From Candidatus Eiseniibacteriota bacterium (GTDB lineage: Bacteria > Eisenbacteria > RBG-16-71-46): DNA of 64,000 nucleotides. Under the pieces are notes generated by a model. It was not told the origin of the DNA and searched no databases. It saw only the letters and a program-made list of their open reading frames with translations. How positions within the stretch are numbered: position 1 is the first letter of the stretch; every line of letters starts with the position of its first letter. The position numbers were made by a program, and so were the translations under genes. Where the stretch lies: NCBI GenBank assembly GCA_038231135.1, contig JBBRLX010000010.1, forward strand, positions 1-64,000, written 5' to 3'. Positions 58,518-64,000 of the stretch are shown piece after piece.

Positions 58518-59519
58518 ATGTCCGCCGCTTCGCCGCTCCACGTTCTCGAGTACATCCGCCACCAGGACGGCATCTGGGATCTGCCCGCGGAGTACGTGGA
58601 TTCGCTGCGCCGGGAGTTCCCGCAGGTGCGGTTCAGCTCGCCCGCGAACAACGCCGCGTGCGACGCGTTGCTGCCCGAAGCCGACATCGTGCTCGGCTGG
58701 GCGGTGCGCCCGGACAATTTTGCCCCCGCCCGGCGGCTGAAGTGGATCCAGGTCACGGCCGCGGGCGTGGGTGGGCTGTTGTTCCCGGAACTGGTCGCGA
58801 GCGACGTGATCGTGACGAACGGCCGGGGCCTGCACGCGGTGTCGATGGCCGAGCACACGCTGGGCGTGATGCTGATGTTCGTGCGCAAACTGCATCTGGC
58901 GCGCGACGCGCAGCGCGAGCGGGTGTGGAATCAGGACGCGCAGTGGGCCACGCCGCCGCCGTTCCGGGACCTCGGCGGCACCACGATGGCGCTGGTCGGG
59001 CTCGGCGCCGTGGGGAGTGCCATCGCCACGCGTGCGCAGGCACTCGGCGTGCGCGTGATCGCCGTGCGCCGGCATCCCGCGGCCGATCCCGCGCCGGCGG
59101 ACGCCCAGTGGGGGAACGAGCGGCTCGACGAGGCGGTCGCCGCCGCCGACTGGGTCGTGCTCGCCGCCCCGCTGACGCCGGACACCCGCGGCCTGTTCGA
59201 CCGCGCGCGGCTCGCGCGCCTCCAGCCCGGCGCCGTGCTCGTCAATCTCGGCCGCGGCGCGCTCGTCGACGAGGCCGCGCTCATCGAGGCGCTCGCGGAG
59301 CACCGGTTCGCGGGCGCGGCGCTCGACGTGTTCGAGAACGAGCCGCTCGACACCAGGAGTCCGCTGTGGTCGATGCCGCACGTGATCGTGACGCCGCATG
59401 TGTCGGGTTTCGGGCCGCGCTACTGGGAGCGCGGCATGGAGCTGTTCCGCCGCAACTTGCACGCGTGGAACGCAGGGCGGCCGCTCGAGAACCTGGTCGA
59501 CAAGCAGGCGGGCTACTGA
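58518..59519 (+). CDS. D-2-hydroxyacid dehydrogenase
   Basis: MAEH, GLGAVG, PLT..T.GL, VNLGRG, LDVF..EPL, TPHVSG. Confidence 0.92.
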   Translation: MSAASPLHVLEYIRHQDGIWDLPAEYVDSLRREFPQVRFSSPANNAACDALLPEADIVLGWAVRPDNFAPARRLKWIQVTAAGVGGLLFPELVASDVIVTNGRGLHAVSMAEHTLGVMLMFVRKLHLARDAQRERVWNQDAQWATPPPFRDLGGTTMALVGLGAVGSAIATRAQALGVRVIAVRRHPAADPAPADAQWGNERLDEAVAAADWVVLAAPLTPDTRGLFDRARLARLQPGAVLVNLGRGALVDEAALIEALAEHRFAGAALDVFENEPLDTRSPLWSMPHVIVTPHVSGFGPRYWERGMELFRRNLHAWNAGRPLENLVDKQAGY

Positions 59520-59628
59520 TGCGGGGCCGGCGCGCGCGTGACCTCGTTCCGGCCGCCGGCGCCGATCCCGCCCGGTGGCGCTTCCCCGGCGCGCGGCTCT
59601 GGCGACCCGGGCGCGCCGGAGTCCAACC

Positions 59629-60267
59629 GTGACCGATCTCGGCGTGATCGTGGCGGGCGGCGCCGGCGCGCGACTCGGCGCCGGCGTGCCGAAGGCGCAG
59701 GCCATGCTGGCGGGGGAGACGCTGCTCGAACGCGCGATCGCGACGCTCGCCGCCGTGTGCGATCCGATCGTGGTGGTGACGCCCGGCGACCGCCGCCCCG
59801 ACACCACGGTGAAATGGGTGGAGGACGCCGAGCCCCTGGCCGGGCCGCTCGCGGGCCTCGTCGCCGGCCTGCGCTCGGAGCCGTACACCCGCGCGCTCGT
59901 GGTGGGCGTGGACTTCCCCCTGTTATGCGCCGGGTTCCTGGCCGCGCTGCTCGACGAGCTCGACGCGAGCGGAGCGCCGGCGGTGCTGACGGCCCCGGGG
60001 GGTACCCCGCAGCCGCTGCTCGCGGCGTTCGCGCCCCGCGCGGCCGCGGAACTCGAGCGCGCGCTCGAGCGCGGCGAGCGCTCGGTGACGCGTGCGGTGA
60101 TGGAGCTCGGGCCCCGCGTGCTCGACGATACGCGGCTCGCAGCCATGGCGGGCGGCTTCGAGAACCTGGTCAACGTGAACACGCCCGAGGATCTGGCGGC
60201 GGTGGAACGGACGCTGCAGCAGCGCGGGCCGCACGACGTTGCGGATCCCGGCGCAGGGGACGCGTGA
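59629..60267 (+). CDS. mobA: Molybdenum cofactor guanylyltransferase
   Basis: IVAGG...RLG...K, GPLAGL, VD.P, QPL.A, NVNTPEDL. Confidence 0.82.
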   Translation: MTDLGVIVAGGAGARLGAGVPKAQAMLAGETLLERAIATLAAVCDPIVVVTPGDRRPDTTVKWVEDAEPLAGPLAGLVAGLRSEPYTRALVVGVDFPLLCAGFLAALLDELDASGAPAVLTAPGGTPQPLLAAFAPRAAAELERALERGERSVTRAVMELGPRVLDDTRLAAMAGGFENLVNVNTPEDLAAVERTLQQRGPHDVADPGAGDA

Positions 60268-61550
60268 GCGCCGTCGCGGCGGCGCCGCTCCTGGCGGGCG
60301 CGGTGCCGGTGAGCCGCGCCATCGCCGCGCTGCGCCGCGCCGATCCGGCCGTGCACGCGTTCCATCTCTACGATCTCGACGCGCTCGCAGCGCGCGCGCG
60401 CCGGTTTCGCGCCGCGTTCGCCGGACTCGATCCGCTGGTCGCCTATGCGATCAAGGCGAACGGCCTGCCCGCGATCCTCGAGACGCTCGAGCGCGAACAG
60501 CTCGGCGCCGATGCCGGGTCGATCGGCGAGCTGGAGCTGGCGGCACGTGCGGGATTCGACCCCGCGCGCATCGAGCTCAATGGCAACGGTCGCACTCCCG
60601 AGGAGGCCGCGTGGGTCGCGCTGCGCGGCGTGCACTCGGTGAACGCCGATCACGTCGGCGAGCTCGAGTTGCTAGATCGCGTGGCGGCGCGCGCGGGCCG
60701 CGTGCTGCGCGTGGCGCTGCGGGTCAACCCCGGCATCGAGCTGCCCGGGCATCCCTACGTGGCTACCGGACACGATGACGCGAAGTTCGGCGTGGCGCCT
60801 GCCGAAGCGCTCGAAGTCTGGAGCGCCCGCGCCCGCTGGCCCTCGCTCGACCTGGGCGGCGTGCACTTTCACGTTGGCTCACAGGTGCTCGACCCTGAAC
60901 CGCTGGAGCGCGCCGCCACCGAGGCGATCGAGCTGGCGAAGGCATCCGCCGCGCGCGGCGCACCGCTCACCTGGCTCAATCTCGGCGGCGGTTTCGGCGT
61001 CGATTCCGCAACCGGCGCCGAGTTCCCGCTCGAGCGCCACGCGCAACGATTGACGCAGCAGCTTGGGAACGTGGGGCTTGCCCCGGGGCGCGAGCGCTGG
61101 CGCATCGTGTTCGAGCCGGGCCGCTGGCTGGTGGCGCCCGTGGGGGTGCTGGTGGCCGAGGTGCTGTGGGTCAAGCACCGCGATGGCCACCGGTTCCTCG
61201 TGCTCGGGGCGGGCATGAACGACTTCATCCGCCCCGCGCTCTATGGCGCGCTGCACGGCATCGTGCCCGTGATCCCGCGGGCGGGCGACGTGGGGCCCGC
61301 GACCGTGGTGGGCCCGGTGTGCGAGAGCGGCGACGTATTCCGCGATCGCGTGATGCTGCCGCCGGTCGAGCCCGGCGACTGGGTGGCGATCCTCGATACC
61401 GGCGCCTACGGCGCCGCGATGGCTTCGACCTACAACGGCCGCGGCCGGCTGGCGGAAGTCGTGGTGCGCGACGGCCACTTGCGACTCGCCCGTGCGGCCG
61501 AGACGCCGGACGACCTGATGCGCGGGCGGCGCGATGATCCCCTCGAATGA
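60264..61550 (+). CDS. lysA: Diaminopimelate decarboxylase
   Basis: YAIKAN, LRVNP, KFG, HFHVGSQ, NLGGG, EPGR, RPALY, GPVCESGD, GAYG..M.S.YN. Confidence 0.9.
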   Translation: MSAVAAAPLLAGAVPVSRAIAALRRADPAVHAFHLYDLDALAARARRFRAAFAGLDPLVAYAIKANGLPAILETLEREQLGADAGSIGELELAARAGFDPARIELNGNGRTPEEAAWVALRGVHSVNADHVGELELLDRVAARAGRVLRVALRVNPGIELPGHPYVATGHDDAKFGVAPAEALEVWSARARWPSLDLGGVHFHVGSQVLDPEPLERAATEAIELAKASAARGAPLTWLNLGGGFGVDSATGAEFPLERHAQRLTQQLGNVGLAPGRERWRIVFEPGRWLVAPVGVLVAEVLWVKHRDGHRFLVLGAGMNDFIRPALYGALHGIVPVIPRAGDVGPATVVGPVCESGDVFRDRVMLPPVEPGDWVAILDTGAYGAAMASTYNGRGRLAEVVVRDGHLRLARAAETPDDLMRGRRDDPLE

Positions 61551-61736
61551 CGCGGCGCCGAGGCTTGACACTCGGCAGCGCGGGCCGGAAACTGCCGCCT
61601 CGCAATCGCCTTCGAAGCTCATGGGCGTGCGCCGAAGAACCTAAGTGGGACGCCCGGCTGCCACGACGGAAGCGGTTGCCGGCCGAATCCCGGGAACCTG
61701 TTCGCCGCGCGACGCTTGGAACCCTGGAGTGACCCC

Positions 61737-62486
61737 GTGATTCAGGTGGTGTGCATCAAGCAGGTCGCGGATACCGAGACCCGCGTCAAGGTGGGCGCCG
61801 GCGGCACCGCGCTCGATCCCGCGGGCGTCACATGGATCATGAATCCCTACGACGAGTTCGCCGTCGAGCAGGCGCTGCGCATCCAGGAAAAGGCCGGGTC
61901 GGGCGAGGTCGTGCTGGTGTCGCTCGGGAACGCCGACGCGCAGAAGACGCTCCGCAACGGGCTCGCGATGGGCGCCGATCGCGCGATCCATCTCAAGACG
62001 GATGCCGCCGCCGACCCGCTCCAGGTGGCGCGCGCGCTCGCGGCCGCGATCCGCGGGCTCGGCGCCAGCATCGTGTGGTTCGGCCGCCAGGCGGTCGATG
62101 ACGATGCCGCGCAGGTCGGCCCGATGACGGCCGAGCTGCTGGAGCTGCCGTGCGTGACCGCGATCGCCGCGTTCGAGCTGGCCGGCGAGACCGCGACGGT
62201 CGAGCGCGACATCGAAGGCGGCCGCGAAGTCGTGGAGGTCGGGCTGCCCGCGGCGTTCACGACCGACAAGGGCCTCAACGAGCCACGCTTCACGTCGCTC
62301 AAGGGCATCATGGCCGCGAAGAAGAAGCCGATCGTCGAGCAGCCTGCGGAGCTCGGCGCTCCGGGCCTCGAAGTGCGGGCGCTCGAGCTGCCGGCCGCGC
62401 GCTCGGCCGGGCGCATCGTCGGGCACGGCGTCGACGCGGTGCCCGAGCTGATCCGCGTGCTGCGCGAGGAGGCGAAGGTCCTATGA
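61737..62486 (+). CDS. etfB: Electron transfer flavoprotein beta subunit
   Basis: CIKQV.D, NPYDEFAVE.AL, LAMGAD, GRQAVD, NEPR; upstream TTGACA-N17-GAAACT promoter-like site near 61565. Confidence 0.93.
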   Translation: MIQVVCIKQVADTETRVKVGAGGTALDPAGVTWIMNPYDEFAVEQALRIQEKAGSGEVVLVSLGNADAQKTLRNGLAMGADRAIHLKTDAAADPLQVARALAAAIRGLGASIVWFGRQAVDDDAAQVGPMTAELLELPCVTAIAAFELAGETATVERDIEGGREVVEVGLPAAFTTDKGLNEPRFTSLKGIMAAKKKPIVEQPAELGAPGLEVRALELPAARSAGRIVGHGVDAVPELIRVLREEAKVL

Positions 62487-62534
62487 GCCACGAAGCGAAG
62501 GTCCAATGAGCCACGAGGCGAAGGTCCAATGAGC
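62469..62534 (+). repeat. Three tandem copies of a 23-bp unit spanning the etfB stop/etfA start
   Basis: GAGGCGAAGGTCCTATGAGCCAC / GAAGCGAAGGTCCAATGAGCCAC / GAGGCGAAGGTCCAATGAGC. Confidence 0.92.
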
Positions 62535-63506
62535 GTCCTGGTATTCGCCGAACAGCGCGACGGCCGGATCCGCTCGGTCACGCAGGAGGTGTTGGGCGCC
62601 GCCACGCGCATCGCGGCCGGGTTCGGCAATGAGGTCGTGGCGGTGCTGCCGTGCGCGGCCGATCCGGGCGCGGCGTCGCTCGGCGCCGCGGGCGCTTCGA
62701 AGGTGCTGGTCGTGACGCACGAGGCGTTCGCCGCTTACGACGCCGCGGGCTATACGCGCGCGGTGCTTGCGGCCGTGGAGCGCGTGAAACCGCAGGTCAT
62801 CCTGTTCCCGGCGTCGTCGCTCGGCAAGGATCTCGCGCCGCGCGTAGCCGCCCGGCTCCAGGTGGGACTCGCGTCCGACTGCACGGCACTCGCCGTCGAC
62901 GGCGGCCGGCTCGTCGCGACGCGCCCGGTCTACGCGGGCAAGGCGAACCAGAAGCTCGCGTTCCCGAACTCGCCGGCGATCGCCTCGCTGCGCCCCAAGC
63001 TGTTCGCCCCCGGCACGACGGCGGCCGCGGGTGCGGTCGAGAGCTTCGCCGTCGACTTCACGCCGGCGGCGGGCCGGGCGCGCGTGGTGCGCACCGCAGC
63101 CGCGTCGGGCGGCAAGGTAGATCTCACCGAGTCCGAGTTGATCGTGTCCGGCGGCCGGGGCATGAAGGGTCCCGAGAATTTCCACCTGATCGAGGAGCTG
63201 GCGGAGGCACTCGGCGCCACGGTCGGCGCGTCGCGCGCGGTCGTGGACGCCGGCTGGCGGCCGCATTCCGAGCAGGTCGGCCAGACCGGCAAGACGGTGT
63301 CGCCCAAGCTCTATGTGGCGGTCGGCATCTCGGGCGCGATCCAGCACCTCGCGGGCATGTCGTCGTCGCGCTGCATCGTGGCGATCAACAAGGATCCCGA
63401 TGCGCCGATCTTCAAGGTTGCCGACTACGGCCTGGTGGGGGACGCGTTCGAGGTGGTGCCGGCGCTGACCGCGGCGATCAAGAAGTTGAACGCCCAGCAC
63501 GTGTGA
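62529..63506 (+). CDS. etfA: Electron transfer flavoprotein alpha subunit
   Basis: [47 protein letters not shown]. Confidence 0.95.
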   Translation: MSVLVFAEQRDGRIRSVTQEVLGAATRIAAGFGNEVVAVLPCAADPGAASLGAAGASKVLVVTHEAFAAYDAAGYTRAVLAAVERVKPQVILFPASSLGKDLAPRVAARLQVGLASDCTALAVDGGRLVATRPVYAGKANQKLAFPNSPAIASLRPKLFAPGTTAAAGAVESFAVDFTPAAGRARVVRTAAASGGKVDLTESELIVSGGRGMKGPENFHLIEELAEALGATVGASRAVVDAGWRPHSEQVGQTGKTVSPKLYVAVGISGAIQHLAGMSSSRCIVAINKDPDAPIFKVADYGLVGDAFEVVPALTAAIKKLNAQHV

Positions 63507-63525
63507 GCAGGAGCGGGTTCCGCGT

Positions 63526-63554
63526 TTGACCCGCCTGCGCCAAGTTCGTAGGGT
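63526..63554 (+). promoter_or_regulatory. Candidate sigma70 promoter of nuo operon
   Basis: TTGACC-N17-TAGGGT upstream of nuoA. Confidence 0.45.
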
Positions 63555-63617
63555 GCGGGCGGTTGCGTCCACGTCGTTCAGGGATCGAGACGCGTCGCAC
63601 GGCGCGCTGGAGAACGG

Positions 63618-63974
63618 ATGCGAGAATACATTCCCGTCCTGCTGTTCGTGCTCGCCGCGATCTCGTTCGCGGGAGTCACGATCGCGGCGTCGACGATCAT
63701 CATGCCGCAGCGCCGCAACGCGCGGAAGATGGCGCCCTACGAATGCGGCGTCGAGCCGGTCGGCAACGCGCGCAACCGCTACAACATCAAGTTCTACCTG
63801 GTGGCGGTGCTGTTCATCCTGTTCGACATCGAGACGATCTTTCTCTACCCCTGGGCGGTGTCGTTCCGCCAGCTCGGCCTGTACGGGCTGATCGAGATGA
63901 CGCTGTTCATCGTGGTCCTGTTCGTGGGTTACGTGTACCTGCTCAAGAAGCGCGCCCTGGACTGGGAAGCGTGA
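63618..63974 (+). CDS. nuoA: NADH-quinone oxidoreductase subunit A
   Basis: K..PYECG, FYLVA.LFILFDIE..FLYPWA, ALDW. Confidence 0.95.
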   Translation: MREYIPVLLFVLAAISFAGVTIAASTIIMPQRRNARKMAPYECGVEPVGNARNRYNIKFYLVAVLFILFDIETIFLYPWAVSFRQLGLYGLIEMTLFIVVLFVGYVYLLKKRALDWEA

Positions 63975-64000
63975 GGCGCCGGATCCGCGGATGATGGCAC

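Noticed and set aside
57498..60653. 1051-aa minus-strand ORF and other over-extended track ORFs (25155..28064, 32049..34364, 45265..47736)
   Set aside because: Only their 3' parts are real genes; starts were reassigned using RBS, stop/start overlaps and protein motifs.
62469..62534. Repeat considered as a mini-CRISPR array
   Set aside because: The units are directly adjacent with no spacers, and no cas genes are in the window.
63990..64000. Possible start of nuoB
   Set aside because: Only a few codons are visible, so it cannot be supported.

Overview
High-GC bacterial chromosomal window. FlgD-Ig/T9SS-like C-terminal domains and a PorV-family gene suggest an FCB-superphylum organism such as Ca. 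Eisenbacteria (inference only). Contents from left to right: (1) the 3' end (DV-DVI) of a group II intron, inserted antisense into the extreme 3' end of an Fpg/Nei glycosylase that the ORF track missed; (2) a long Lhr helicase coupled to nei and split by a 2-nt frameshift; (3) yebC, a small dimeric-barrel protein, an aldo/keto reductase, an MFS transporter and an orphan FlgD-Ig remnant; (4) tamA/tamB; (5) a complete type IVa pilus cluster (pilT-pilB-pilC-major pilin-three minor pilins-pilMNOP-secretin-pilD), with an MshEN-bearing PilB and a PilT lacking both His-box histidines; (6) a divergent three-gene module of an FN3-repeat protein, an FN3+FlgD-Ig protein and a PorV-like barrel with a long Pro/Ala tail; (7) a 2-oxoacid dehydrogenase in the unusual order E1beta-E2-E1alpha; (8) mntR-mntH(USP) with a visible operator; (9) hydrolase, CDF and Gfo/Idh/MocA genes; (10) a cluster of four GT-C-like polytopic membrane proteins with a deacetylase-like gene and a methyltransferase; (11) an XRE-cupin regulator, a heterodimeric ABC exporter and a putative outer-membrane protein; (12) 2-hydroxyacid dehydrogenase-mobA-lysA; (13) etfB/etfA joined by a 3x23-bp repeat that forms a chain of overlapping 8-codon mini-ORFs; (14) nuoA. 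No rRNA, tRNA or CRISPR array was seen. All calls come from motif recognition by eye; no database searches were run.
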